Part shown: piece by piece, positions 28,601 to 37,663 of the stretch
Position numbering within the stretch: position 1 is the first letter of the stretch
Layout of the letters: every line of letters begins with the position of its first letter
NCBI GenBank assembly: GCA_001803225.1
Contig: MHBF01000168.1
Span: 589-64,588 of the forward strand
Length of the DNA stretch: 64,000 nucleotides
Direction of reading: 5' to 3'
Source: Lentisphaerae bacterium GWF2_44_16
GTDB taxonomy: Bacteria; Verrucomicrobiota; Lentisphaeria; Victivallales; GWF2-45-14
Made by a program: the position numbers and the translations under genes
The notes under the pieces: generated by a model
Database searches by the model: none
What the model saw: the letters and a program-made list of their open reading frames with translations, nothing else
What the model was told of the DNA's origin: nothing

Positions 28601-31380
28601 TCTTGGATTATAAGGATATCTACTGGCATGATGAAGGAATAAGAAAAGAAAAAGTCTCTCTTCGAAAGGGCATCAATGAACTTAAAATTGAAACGCTAGC
28701 CAATCTGCCGGGTGGGAAAAATGTCGTAAACTGCAGATTGATGGACAATAGCGGAAAAATATGCGATTTCGGAAGCGCTACTTTTGAGCTGCATGAAGAA
28801 TGTAAAGTGCAAAGTGTGGAGTTTAATAACAAAGATAGGATATACAGGCTTGGCGAGGACGTCAAAGCCCGGATAGAGCTTGAAGGCGATTGGAAGGGCG
28901 CGGAAATTGTCTGTGAAGTCGAAGATAGCAATAACCGAATTGTAAATCTAATAACCATGCCAGCGCAGAAATCCGCGGATATATCATTTAAACTCAAAGG
29001 GCCATATACAATTCTCTATCATTTGTTTCTGAAAATAAGAAAAGGAGAAAAAATACTTTCACAAAATATGGTGGATTTCTCCCATCCTTTTGCATATCCA
29101 CCGACAGATGATCTTACTGCATATATATGGGGCGGTGGAACACCGAGACTGCTTGTCTTGAAAGATGTTGGCTTTGATGCGGATATTATTGGTTTCAATA
29201 ATATTGCCGAGCAGCATTTACGGGCTTTGTGCAATATGAATATACGTCCGGTCTCTGTAGGATGTGGATCTATATTGGGTATTGGAAGCAGATCTCAATA
29301 TAAAAGTGATATGCCCACAAAAGATCCGGTCAGACATCCATGCCTTTCCGATCCTGAGCATTGGAAAAAAGCGCGTCCATTCATTCATGAAAAAGTGAAA
29401 GGCGGCAATCATCTTTATTATGGAATAAGGGATTATTTTACAAATGATGAATTTTCCCTTGGGGCTTCGGTATGTATTTCGGAATACTGCCTGCACGATT
29501 TCAGGGAGTACCTGAAAAAACAATATTCATCAATCGCAGAATTGAACAAGGTCTGGAAAAGCTCTTTCAAGGATTGGCAGAAAATTGTTCCGCTTCCGAT
29601 GAAAGATGTAAGTGTTGAAAAAGACAATATTGCGGCCTGGCTTGAGCACAGGCTTTTCATGAACAATGTCTATGCCTATACATGGCTGGGAAAAACAAAA
29701 GAATATCTCAAAGAAGTGAATCCTGAAGCCAAACTCGGTCCTTCCGGTACTCTTAATCCGGGTTTTTCAATGGATTGGTATAAGACAATGCAGAAGACTG
29801 ATTTTCTTGCCAACTATGGAGGGATGCAAACAAACCTGATAGCTTCATTTGCTAATCCGGATACCGTTTTCGGACGTTGGACCGGAGGTTATGTGCCGAG
29901 TAATGAACCGTACGAGAGATATGTTCGTTCTATACTCTGGGAAGGGCTGTTCTTTCATAATAACGCTTACATGTATTTTCATGGCGGAGTCGGAACAACG
30001 ATGCGCGGGGACTTGCAAATGACCTGCAACATGAAGTACTGCGCTGAAGAACTGAAGGAAGTAAAAGCGGGCATCGCAAAACTTATCCTGAGTTCTAAAA
30101 AGGCCGATGTCAGGATTGCCGTTCTTTATTCGCAAGCTTCCATGTTTACAGCGATTGCCACGATAGGCAAGGAATATTGGGATGGGGCTATGGACAGTTG
30201 GAAAAACCTTCTTGATGATTTGAAATATAACTTTTGTTTCATCTCATCTGAGCAATTAGCAGAGAGGGGAATTGACATGGCTCAATATAAGGTGCTTGTG
30301 TTGCCCTGTACATTGTCACTGTCCCGGAAAGAAACAGAAAAGATAAAGGACTTTGTGAGGAATGGTGGTACGTTGATAACTGATTTTGCTACGGGACTGT
30401 TTGATGAGCACGGTACTAAAAGCGCTAACAGAGAATTGTATTCTGTTCTCGGCTTGGAAAGAACAGGATATGAACTTGATATCATTCCCTGTGAGGAAAA
30501 AATAAGTGAGGAAAAATCCTTGAACATCTCAGCCGGGAAATATATGACGCGTTTTGCGGAAAAAGATTTGAAATTGACAACAGGAAAAGCACTTGGCAAT
30601 ACAGGTAATCCTTCCACTCCCAGCCTTATCCTGAACAACACGGGAAAAGGTAAGAGCATATTCATGAATAACCTTATAAACGGATATTCTCTGATAACAC
30701 TTAAAGGCGCTGGGGGGGAACTTTCAGAGGAATTGAAAGGACCTGAACTTGTCCGCGAAATGACACGGAACATAGTCGGACAACTTTTGAATGCCAGTGG
30801 ATTAACTCCTCTTTTTTCAGTGAAAACACCTGACGGGAAAATATATCCGTCCATGGGAGTTGTTTTTGAAGACGGTAAAAATAAATATCTCGGCATCCTT
30901 AAATCTGCAAGCGGGGCCGGTGTTATAAACAGAGAAAAAGAAGCTGTCGATGTGACAATTTCATTTCCGGAAAAAGCTCATATCTATGACATCAGAAAAG
31001 GAGAGTACTTAGGGTACGCTTCGGAAATAAAAACTTCTATAATTCCGGCAATAGCAAAATTGTACGCACTCCTACCGCACAAAGTTGCTGGCATAAAACT
31101 TGACGGTATAAATAAGGAGTATAAAAGAGGCGCATCGATTGAAGCGGATGTAAAGGTTCAGGTTTCATCAGAAAATGCTGGGGACCATGTAATCCATTTT
31201 GAAGCCGTTTCTCCCGATGGAACGACGGTGAAATGCTATTCACAGAACATCAAACTGAAAAATGGCGAAGGCAAAGTCACATTGAACACTGCTTTGAATG
31301 ATATGCTCGGTAAATGGACTTTCAGAATAGGGGATATAGCATCAGGTATTGTCAGGAATGCTTCTTTTACTTTGAAGTGA
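25645..31380 (+). CDS. Giant (1911 aa) secreted multidomain glycosidase-like protein with a CBM4_9-like module and a GH42-like (beta-galactosidase-type) catalytic plus trimerisation-like region
   Basis: Signal peptide MLGLKKMFCAGFIMMGASAVFS. CBM-like NASFEDEYF...SGKKSLKITK...GALWIDDINI (aa ~515-660). GH42-like CLHDFREYLKKQYSSIAELNKVWKSSFKDWQKI, then RIAVLYSQASMF...YKVLVLPCTLSLSRKETEKIKDFVRNGGTLITDF (aa ~1150-1560). Confidence 0.65.
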   Translation: MLGLKKMFCAGFIMMGASAVFSDCFIKETEGKYLLGNEYIKVTVEPEKGGSISEFEFCPLDINFSQAEGNSLVDEFYAQYKKDGKTNIYTEAIDKRKFIPEIIKNTAEEIQLKLSASGGSTEFEWLTFSKTYSLKKNSSALKIDYICQNNTDQAHQLGIRTKAFLRKKGFFPEKNIFITPTCNGILEIEQPGANATPGGDYHMEPAAGWEAVVGAQDGSGILIIVDDKLISCFFNWYRDSGFSSTTEWFLREQVIAGNGSFTASVTLLPIEGMKRIDGIAKGNIACGISPDGKVYLISPEKIYLDVRIGTEETKKAELLPSKLIVMDFTPLKNGVIEVSIYKGKELLGKIERNSDGKEIVRKEPQRTGVKAVAPIYYKYYRGAEAEGIVLRKLASVEKSGSSGKNGIEKTVLRQFEDSLAEAYLSPEMMPMAEKGVCLYEMDKSGRTEVEVISCLKKEKDGSGILFWEVKGLGGRPLDAKEKDGELYDKTGKSLGRIEQKYSIAFGRKSKKTDTLNEKANMLANASFEDEYFDFYKRSKELVSQDDKTFQSGKKSLKITKKPKDNYTSVPFWGIVEGNRNYDISAWCRQDTTGKALVTMPVYFYDKDWVQIKDLKGNVWKKYAMQQEGSFEWRKFGGIIKSPENARFIQISVTGRPEEGGALWIDDINIKSQLIKASNDMEEELAKIKSSTYKAIDEIFAVSEDFITPHEKWLKPKSGKKTEILWLTSLKYAADIRKRELVEMAQRMSMDYKFIPLLPKMLTPSRGFQGMNGGDTYGTALEPYIIMLLQKELSEKKYDVIVVQDLSFTGSAQACGQRSEIEASKKIETVQKEFTDMLLNAAKEGAGLVFYNCKDIPAEFQKIQKENKVKTPEGILIMPQIRKVADSRLKSICTTANCGKGRIAILDANQSLYPCIPANRVNEITGICYDYNIRSFPYMEYKLAPFIKAIRWASWENAKAVIEKLSFDNGKLNFTISAEEDGDYTIVLDYKDIYWHDEGIRKEKVSLRKGINELKIETLANLPGGKNVVNCRLMDNSGKICDFGSATFELHEECKVQSVEFNNKDRIYRLGEDVKARIELEGDWKGAEIVCEVEDSNNRIVNLITMPAQKSADISFKLKGPYTILYHLFLKIRKGEKILSQNMVDFSHPFAYPPTDDLTAYIWGGGTPRLLVLKDVGFDADIIGFNNIAEQHLRALCNMNIRPVSVGCGSILGIGSRSQYKSDMPTKDPVRHPCLSDPEHWKKARPFIHEKVKGGNHLYYGIRDYFTNDEFSLGASVCISEYCLHDFREYLKKQYSSIAELNKVWKSSFKDWQKIVPLPMKDVSVEKDNIAAWLEHRLFMNNVYAYTWLGKTKEYLKEVNPEAKLGPSGTLNPGFSMDWYKTMQKTDFLANYGGMQTNLIASFANPDTVFGRWTGGYVPSNEPYERYVRSILWEGLFFHNNAYMYFHGGVGTTMRGDLQMTCNMKYCAEELKEVKAGIAKLILSSKKADVRIAVLYSQASMFTAIATIGKEYWDGAMDSWKNLLDDLKYNFCFISSEQLAERGIDMAQYKVLVLPCTLSLSRKETEKIKDFVRNGGTLITDFATGLFDEHGTKSANRELYSVLGLERTGYELDIIPCEEKISEEKSLNISAGKYMTRFAEKDLKLTTGKALGNTGNPSTPSLILNNTGKGKSIFMNNLINGYSLITLKGAGGELSEELKGPELVREMTRNIVGQLLNASGLTPLFSVKTPDGKIYPSMGVVFEDGKNKYLGILKSASGAGVINREKEAVDVTISFPEKAHIYDIRKGEYLGYASEIKTSIIPAIAKLYALLPHKVAGIKLDGINKEYKRGASIEADVKVQVSSENAGDHVIHFEAVSPDGTTVKCYSQNIKLKNGEGKVTLNTALNDMLGKWTFRIGDIASGIVRNASFTLK

Positions 31381-31423
31381 GCAAAGGAAATATTTAAGCG
31401 TCATATCAGGAACATCTGTTAAG

Positions 31424-31448
31424 GAGAGAAATTCTGTTAATTTCTCTT
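31424..31448 (+). terminator. Hairpin downstream of the giant gene (possible terminator, no clean U-tract)
   Basis: GAGAGAAATT (31424-31433), CTGTT loop, AATTTCTCTT (31439-31448). That is 10 bp including one G-U pair, 44 nt after the stop codon. Confidence 0.35.
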
Positions 31449-31770
31449 GGATGGACACTTTTATCTCTAATTGTTAACGCCGAGCGAAAATGTCCGAATC
31501 TCGCCGAAATAAAGTGTCCCACTTTTGCCGCCGGACAATAGGGTGCCGCCCCCCGACATGAATTGAGAGGTCGAAAACGAGAGGGTATTTGCATTATAGG
31601 GGTTGTGGCTTGTTTTCCTCACAAAGTTGGCAAGCCGTACCTTTCTTTTTTTGTCATTTTGGATTAGGGAATATTTAAAATGTCACCCTAATTCAATTTG
31701 ACAAATTCCCCTGACAATCCCCTCAATGTATTTGAGAATTCACAGTTTAGCGTCGCACGCTGCGTTTATA

Positions 31771-31965
31771 GAAATATTTTCCGTTTTCCTTCTCCAAATG
31801 GGCCTTTATTAACGGATTAAGAGAGTTCACTGGAAAATCAAATTTTGACGTTTTCATATCCAATTTACAATCAGCTTCCCAACTGACATTTGTAAACATC
31901 CCTAACAGCATCAGCCATCATGTATCCGGCTTTGCGGGCCACGCCCAATTTCCCCAAAATAAAAT
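31771..31965 (-). pseudogene. Internal fragment of a ceramidase-like gene (relic copy of 36344-37663)
   Basis: Nucleotide-level match by eye to 36722-36920, e.g. TTCTCCAAATGGGC, GTTTTCATATCCAATTT(A/G)CAATC(A/G)GCTTCCCAACTGACATTT, CATCAGCCAT. A 2-nt indel (GACATTTGTAAAC vs GACATTTTTGTAAAC) breaks the frame. Weaker similarity may run down to about 31615. Confidence 0.7.
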
Positions 31966-32000
31966 GAAAAATCACAATAAGGTGCCGTAAAATAAAAGTG

Positions 32001-32729
32001 TTAATCCATGTTACTTGCAAGTACGTATATCTCGTCTTTGTTTAATGCCTTTCCGATTATGTAAAGCTCATCAATCGCTCCAACAAAATTATAGCCACTA
32101 GTTTTACCAGGATAACTTCCTATTACCGTAGTACTTTTTGTAGGCGCTGGAGCTGCATTTACGTATTTTTGTTCAAATACGGGATTACCATCAATGAAGA
32201 TTGTAATTTTACTCCCGTCATTTACAAGAGCAGCGTGAAACCATATTCCCTTTTTGAGAAAGTCTTGCTGGGGAGAACGTATCCTTTCTGTCTTTTCACT
32301 ATCACCCCAGTAGTAACAGATACTTCTCCAACCAGTGTTAAATGAATACCCATTTTTTGCCGTGTCAAATTTGCAGGAAAGTATTGACATCAGTTTGTTT
32401 GTTTTGTCATCCAGCCTTATCCATACACAGATTGTGTATGGAGGTTTGATGTTCAATATCTTCTGTTTGTCCTGTATTATATATTTGACTGGTCTATCTT
32501 TTTTCCAAAGAAGGGCTGAGTTCCTCATTCCTTTTGTCTTTAGCATCTTACAGGTAGTGTCCTTTGTCGTAAGTATAGCATTAAGTTTATTGGGCCCAGA
32601 GTCCACAAGTTCCTTTTCCGTATCATCGTCAAAGTTCCAGTATGCAATTATCGGCAATTGGATTTCCTCTGCACAAACGGAAAAAGAGGTCGTCAATAGG
32701 ATTATCCAGCACCATTTTCTCAAAAGCAT
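32001..32729 (-). CDS. Secreted LamG / concanavalin-A-like lectin domain protein
   Basis: Signal peptide MLLRKWCWIILLTTSFSVCA. YWNFDDD...LVDSGPN, WFHAALVNDGSKITIFIDGNPV and GAIDELYIIGKALNKDEI are typical of Laminin_G_3 domains. Confidence 0.7.
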   Translation of the reverse strand: MLLRKWCWIILLTTSFSVCAEEIQLPIIAYWNFDDDTEKELVDSGPNKLNAILTTKDTTCKMLKTKGMRNSALLWKKDRPVKYIIQDKQKILNIKPPYTICVWIRLDDKTNKLMSILSCKFDTAKNGYSFNTGWRSICYYWGDSEKTERIRSPQQDFLKKGIWFHAALVNDGSKITIFIDGNPVFEQKYVNAAPAPTKSTTVIGSYPGKTSGYNFVGAIDELYIIGKALNKDEIYVLASNMD

Positions 32730-32747
32730 GTTGTTTTCTCCTCATTT

Positions 32748-35606
32748 TTAATAGATTTCGATTTCGCTTATTGCCACCGAGCCGTTAACCGGGGAAGGGA
32801 AAAAAAAATTTATTTTATCTGTATCAACAGGGGAAAAAACACTCTCGAACTTGCTCTCTGAAACTTTTTTAAATTCTCCTGTTTTTATCCATTTCCCATT
32901 TTTATTTATATGTATTTCAGGATTTTCACTGAATTCATTTTCCGTAAAGACATTAACTTTACCTGTTTTTCTAGTTTCTATAAATTCAAATTCAACCCAT
33001 TGTTTTCCGGGTTTGCCGGCTCTCCAGCCGGCATCGTTGCGTGCGCCATCTCTTAAATGGAATTCAGGCCGTCCTCCTTGGGCACTTGAAAAATTTATTG
33101 TTTTTGCGTCCCTTGCAATATTGCCAGGCCTTATATAAGATTTTTTCAGAGCCTCAATTTCTTTCAATATTTTATTTACGGAAAGTTTTGCGGCTATTTC
33201 TTTATCTGTGGTATATATTTCAGTATCGTAAGTTTCGAACGTATGTTCTATCAGCCCATTTTCTGCTTCTACTGAGCGTTCCTCGGAAAGCACATACCAT
33301 TTTTTGGGCGCATTTTCCCACGGCAGGGTAATTTTTACCTTTTTTTCAGTAGTAGCGTTATTTACCGCTATTATCCAATCGGCCCCGCAAATATTCTTAT
33401 AACACACGGCTTTTACATATTCATCCCCTGTTTTAATTGAAATTCTTTTTGTAGGAGAGAGAATTAGGTCTCTAATGATGTTGGCTTCTTTTCCAAGGAA
33501 CGGGATTCCTAAAACAGTATCAGGATAAGATCTGGTACTCCAGTAGTTAAACCATAGAAATCCTGTGCCTCCTTCAATAACAACCTGATATTGCATGTTT
33601 CTTAGTTCATGAAAATTGGGAGCCCGATTGCTTTTGCTTCGGTCGTTCCTAAAATCGCCATAATTAAAGGCCTGAGGCACAACCCATGCGGTTTTTTTGT
33701 TCTTCCCTGCTTCATGGATTGCCTCTATGAACTTGCCCACCTTTTCTATCGGAGTTCCAGTAAGGCTATTTTCTAAAAAAAGCGGATATGGATCAGGAGT
33801 AAAAATATCCGCGCCGTTAATGTATTTAAAAATTCCCGGTATTGTATCATTCGCCAATGTGCACGGATGATAAGGATCTTCGTCTTTGCATATTTCATAT
33901 ATGGCTTTAATCCTGTCAGGCAAGGCTGGTCTGAGTTCCGGTTCATCCGCTATCATCCACCCCAAAATGGCGGAATGATTTTTCCACTTTTTAACAAAAT
34001 CCCTTATTCCGGTTTTTTCTTTCTCAGACAATGGTCTTGTGAAACTGTCGGTATTGACGTAACATCTTTCAGGATAAGGATATATAAGTGCCTTGATTCC
34101 GTTGTCATGGCATAAATCAAGCCATTCCTTAAGTTCTCTATCAGACTTGAAATATGCATTGTAATCAGCAATTGCATTGCAGCCATTTTTCCCCGCTTCT
34201 CTAATGTTAACACCGCTATACCATCCGTACGCTAAAAACGGTTTGCCATTTATTCTTGTCACAAGATTTTCATCAATTCTTGTTTCACCATCAAATGGAG
34301 GAAGTTTTTTAATCAACAATTCGGTTGAATACAATGTTTTTCCGATATTTTTGAGTTCTGCCACGAGTTTATAATTTCCTTCAGGTAACTCCGGCAAAGG
34401 AAAAGAAAATTCAGTTTCTCTTTTTGTACACGAGATATTTGAAGAGACTAAGATGTTTTCATTTCCAATCACTTTAAGAGCAATAGCAAGATTTTCTATA
34501 TCATCTATTCCGATCTTGATTTTACCTTTTAATGTCGATATTTTCTGCGTTGCGAAAATACAGTTTCTATATGATGGCTCCGTAAGTTCTATAGATATGG
34601 GATTATAAGCAACATCTACGATAAATTGTTTTAGAGCCAAAGCATCCCCAGTTTTTCTGTCATATATTTGAAGCATAATATTGATATTCCCATTGTCTTT
34701 TGCGGGAATACTGAAAGTTAATTCCTTACCGGAATTATTGTCCAGCCCGTTTGTCATTTCTATTGCTTCGTTTCCATTAAGGAATGCCTTAATTTTTATG
34801 AAGTGGTATTTGCCTGTTTTATTCTGCAAATATGTTTTGAAATCAAATTTAATTTCTCCATTTTTTGACAGGGTAAGCATATCATACGGCTCTTTTAGTT
34901 CCCATTTGTATTTTTCAAGGGTTGCGTCTTTCAGATTCAGTTCTGAAAAATTTTCAGGTTGATGGAAATTGCCGCTAAGAGGAGTGAAAGAACTTGATTC
35001 ACATCTTCCTCCCGCATGACGCTGTCTTGTTATATTAAAGCCAAATACATTGTCCTTTCCAAGATCAAAATCCACTAATGGGATTGCTATTTCAAGAGTC
35101 CAATTATCTTTGTTTACTGCCGATGCTACTTTCAGGTCAGAAGAATTCCATGCAGAAGTGCCAACATGCCCACCTTGTCGCCTGACCGCATCGTATACTG
35201 TTCCATTCGGGTTAATGACAAAATGATAATATGAACTTTTGTCTTTGTTCGTATCAAAAAATAATTCAATGCAATCATCACGATAAACCGGTCCATCCCG
35301 CAAAGTATTTTTCTTAACAATCTTTTCAGGAAATGGTTCATCAATAATCATGCCTATATAGATGTTATTACCGTCAGTGCAAATTTTAAATTTTGTCTGG
35401 ATTTCCGCATTTTCCGAAGGTGTCTCCAACATTTTAAAACCTTCATTCCATTTTCCGAGTTTCCAACAATCATCAGTCAAGATACCGTCAAGCACTGGAG
35501 GATTTGATGTTGTTTCCCCAAAAACAGGGATTTTACCTGTTGCCGCAATACCACTACATATACCCCAAACCAACAACACAACTATTCCGGTGAATTTCCT
35601 TGACAT
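32748..35606 (-). CDS. Secreted multidomain glycosidase-like protein: CBM9/DOMON-like N-terminus, TIM-barrel-like core and C-terminal discoidin-like domain
   Basis: Signal peptide MSRKFTGIVVLLVWGICSGIAA. CBM9-like PPVLDGILTDDCW...DDCIELFFD...YYHFVINPNGTVYD. Core GWMIADEPE, TPDPYP, VPQAFNY..APNFHELRNM, paralogous to 6450-8909. C-terminal GNIARDAKTINFSSAQ...KQWVEFEF...ISEIEIY. Confidence 0.7.
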   Translation of the reverse strand: MSRKFTGIVVLLVWGICSGIAATGKIPVFGETTSNPPVLDGILTDDCWKLGKWNEGFKMLETPSENAEIQTKFKICTDGNNIYIGMIIDEPFPEKIVKKNTLRDGPVYRDDCIELFFDTNKDKSSYYHFVINPNGTVYDAVRRQGGHVGTSAWNSSDLKVASAVNKDNWTLEIAIPLVDFDLGKDNVFGFNITRQRHAGGRCESSSFTPLSGNFHQPENFSELNLKDATLEKYKWELKEPYDMLTLSKNGEIKFDFKTYLQNKTGKYHFIKIKAFLNGNEAIEMTNGLDNNSGKELTFSIPAKDNGNINIMLQIYDRKTGDALALKQFIVDVAYNPISIELTEPSYRNCIFATQKISTLKGKIKIGIDDIENLAIALKVIGNENILVSSNISCTKRETEFSFPLPELPEGNYKLVAELKNIGKTLYSTELLIKKLPPFDGETRIDENLVTRINGKPFLAYGWYSGVNIREAGKNGCNAIADYNAYFKSDRELKEWLDLCHDNGIKALIYPYPERCYVNTDSFTRPLSEKEKTGIRDFVKKWKNHSAILGWMIADEPELRPALPDRIKAIYEICKDEDPYHPCTLANDTIPGIFKYINGADIFTPDPYPLFLENSLTGTPIEKVGKFIEAIHEAGKNKKTAWVVPQAFNYGDFRNDRSKSNRAPNFHELRNMQYQVVIEGGTGFLWFNYWSTRSYPDTVLGIPFLGKEANIIRDLILSPTKRISIKTGDEYVKAVCYKNICGADWIIAVNNATTEKKVKITLPWENAPKKWYVLSEERSVEAENGLIEHTFETYDTEIYTTDKEIAAKLSVNKILKEIEALKKSYIRPGNIARDAKTINFSSAQGGRPEFHLRDGARNDAGWRAGKPGKQWVEFEFIETRKTGKVNVFTENEFSENPEIHINKNGKWIKTGEFKKVSESKFESVFSPVDTDKINFFFPSPVNGSVAISEIEIY

Positions 35607-35624
35607 TTTTCCCCCTTTAATTTA

Positions 35625-36356
35625 TTATTCATTTCCTGTTGCATAGTTAAATCCTTTCCGCAAAAAAGTGCCATCGGCGCCCAGTTCGTCACGTTTTACA
35701 CTTCTGGCATTCATGCCTCCAAAAAGTACATTGGCTGATTTATTATGGTTGGCCCTTAAATGATAGCCTTCATAAAAAGTAGACATAGCACTCCTAACCA
35801 CGGTTATCCCATAACCTTCCACTCTCCCATTGTCAAAAATCAGTGGCGCTTCACTTGGGGTTTGCATCATCTGTAGAGAATGATTTAAATATGAATCTCC
35901 AGTAGTGCTGGTACCCATAAACCAAATATTGCAGGAATAATCTGCATAAGAAAACACTGCACTGTCGGATATAGTCTGCATAGGACACAGGATTCTGTTT
36001 TTTTGCCCGCACCTGCCAATTTTAACCCCATAGTCCAATATGGAATAAGGTCCGTAAGAGCCAAGAAGAAGATACCATGGCTGAATTGCTTCAACTCCGT
36101 TATAATATTTAACATATGGTGGATTTGCATACATTATATTTCCATTAAAATCATTGGCATAACTGCTCAATGCCACGCCTGTCTGTTTCAGGTTTCCCTG
36201 GCATGAAATTGAATGAGCAGTTTCTTTTGCTTTTTTTAGCGATGGAAGCAGTAATGCCGTCAGAATCATGATAATCGTTATCACGATCATGAGTTCTAAT
36301 AAGGTGAAATCTCTATAGTACCTTTGTTTTTCTCTTTTAATTCTCATCTTATCCAA
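35625..36356 (-). CDS. Prepilin-type N-terminal domain protein, degenerate H-X9-DG family member
   Basis: YYRDFTLLELMIVITIIMILTALLLPSLKKAKETAHSISCQGNLKQTG. The C-terminal motif reads NH-NKSANVLFG-GMN, so DG is replaced by GM. There is a 13-nt overlap with the upstream ceramidase-like gene. Confidence 0.8.
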   Translation of the reverse strand: MDKMRIKREKQRYYRDFTLLELMIVITIIMILTALLLPSLKKAKETAHSISCQGNLKQTGVALSSYANDFNGNIMYANPPYVKYYNGVEAIQPWYLLLGSYGPYSILDYGVKIGRCGQKNRILCPMQTISDSAVFSYADYSCNIWFMGTSTTGDSYLNHSLQMMQTPSEAPLIFDNGRVEGYGITVVRSAMSTFYEGYHLRANHNKSANVLFGGMNARSVKRDELGADGTFLRKGFNYATGNE

Positions 36357-37663
36357 TCTCCTTTTTTTCGATTGGTAATTTTTAACAGGGAAAGAGCTTT
36401 TTTGACAAATGCGCTGGGAGCTGCAGGGGAATTTCTATAGACATGATCTCCATAGTATTTGTAGGCCTCGTCCACTTCATAGCCGCCTTTTTTAAAAGCC
36501 TTAGGACTCGGGACATATCCTATTTCTCCGCAGTTTGCGTATGCCGCAACAAAGCAATTTTCTTTACCTGATTTTTTCTTAATCTCAAGCGCCGTTTCGA
36601 TGAACTGTTCTCCCGGCAGAGCGATCAGATACGCCTGACTTATTTGTATAGTCTGAACTATTGTTTTCACGCTTCTTGTGTTCCTGGCCTTCTTTAATGC
36701 CTTTTTCAACCATTCTTTTGTGGAAATATTTTCAGTCTCTTTTTTCTCCAAATGGGCTTTTATTGATACTTCAAGTGCATCTACTGGCATATCTATTTCT
36801 GAAGTTTTCATATCCAATTTGCAATCGGCTTCCCAACTGACATTTTTGTAAACATTCCTAACCGCATCAGCCATTATGCGCCCGGCCTTGCGAGCAACTT
36901 TTAATTTTCCTGAGATTTTAACATTGATATTTCCGGCGCATCCCTGCAGGAACATCACGCATTTAAAATCTTTTTCCATAATTCTCGACATTTCACCAGG
37001 GAAATCTGAAGAAATAGTCTTTATCGATTTTTTGCCCATTGAAAGCGGGTGCGCCGCATAATTAACTATTACCGACGGTTTTTTAATACCGTTTTGTTCT
37101 ATGAAAATAATGCCGGTTTCGTTATCAGTCAGGCCGGTTGGAGAATTCAAATCGTTAACCTCTGACATCCTCCCGATTTCGCGACGGTTAACGTTCAAGT
37201 CTATTTTTGTTTTGCCAATTCCAATTTTCGCTGATTTCAAATCTTTTTGGGCACTGGAAGCGCATTCAACTATTTTGGTTTCTAATTTTTTGAGATATCC
37301 CTTTTCCTTTTTCAGAAACTTGGGGCCGTTGAAATTTATTGTGTTCGGTGCTGTATGCGTATGCGTACAACTTATCATTATGTTTTCCGGTTTAAATCCT
37401 AATCTTTTTATTTTCTTTTTAACTCTGGTGGTAAAATCCGAATCCAGCGCAAGCAAGTCTCCGCTTATAATTGCAATTTTTACTTTATCATTCTCAAAAA
37501 CCGCGGTTCTAACGTAAAGGCGGCTTGTTATTTTATCTGCAATCTGATTTTTGTCTCTGGTATAAAGAGTACACACCGGCAAGTCTGGAGTAATGTCTAT
37601 CTTGCCAAATCCAGCCTTAAAGCATGTCATAATCATCTTTCTCCTTAATTTATCTTTTTCCAC
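36344..37663 (-). CDS. Neutral/alkaline ceramidase N-terminal-domain-like amidohydrolase
   Basis: GFGKIDITPDLPV, IISGDLLALDSDF and ISCTHTHTAPN. Paralogue of 11299-12621. It overlaps the DegT gene upstream by 14 nt. Confidence 0.65.
   Translation of the reverse strand: MEKDKLRRKMIMTCFKAGFGKIDITPDLPVCTLYTRDKNQIADKITSRLYVRTAVFENDKVKIAIISGDLLALDSDFTTRVKKKIKRLGFKPENIMISCTHTHTAPNTINFNGPKFLKKEKGYLKKLETKIVECASSAQKDLKSAKIGIGKTKIDLNVNRREIGRMSEVNDLNSPTGLTDNETGIIFIEQNGIKKPSVIVNYAAHPLSMGKKSIKTISSDFPGEMSRIMEKDFKCVMFLQGCAGNINVKISGKLKVARKAGRIMADAVRNVYKNVSWEADCKLDMKTSEIDMPVDALEVSIKAHLEKKETENISTKEWLKKALKKARNTRSVKTIVQTIQISQAYLIALPGEQFIETALEIKKKSGKENCFVAAYANCGEIGYVPSPKAFKKGGYEVDEAYKYYGDHVYRNSPAAPSAFVKKALSLLKITNRKKGDWIR

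Noticed and set aside
31406-31594. 62-aa minus-strand ORF with a duplicated GHF(I/R)SA peptide, considered as a transposase/IS remnant.
   Set aside because: I could not match it to any IS family from memory. No terminal inverted repeats or DDE motifs are visible. It is kept only as part of the junction finding.
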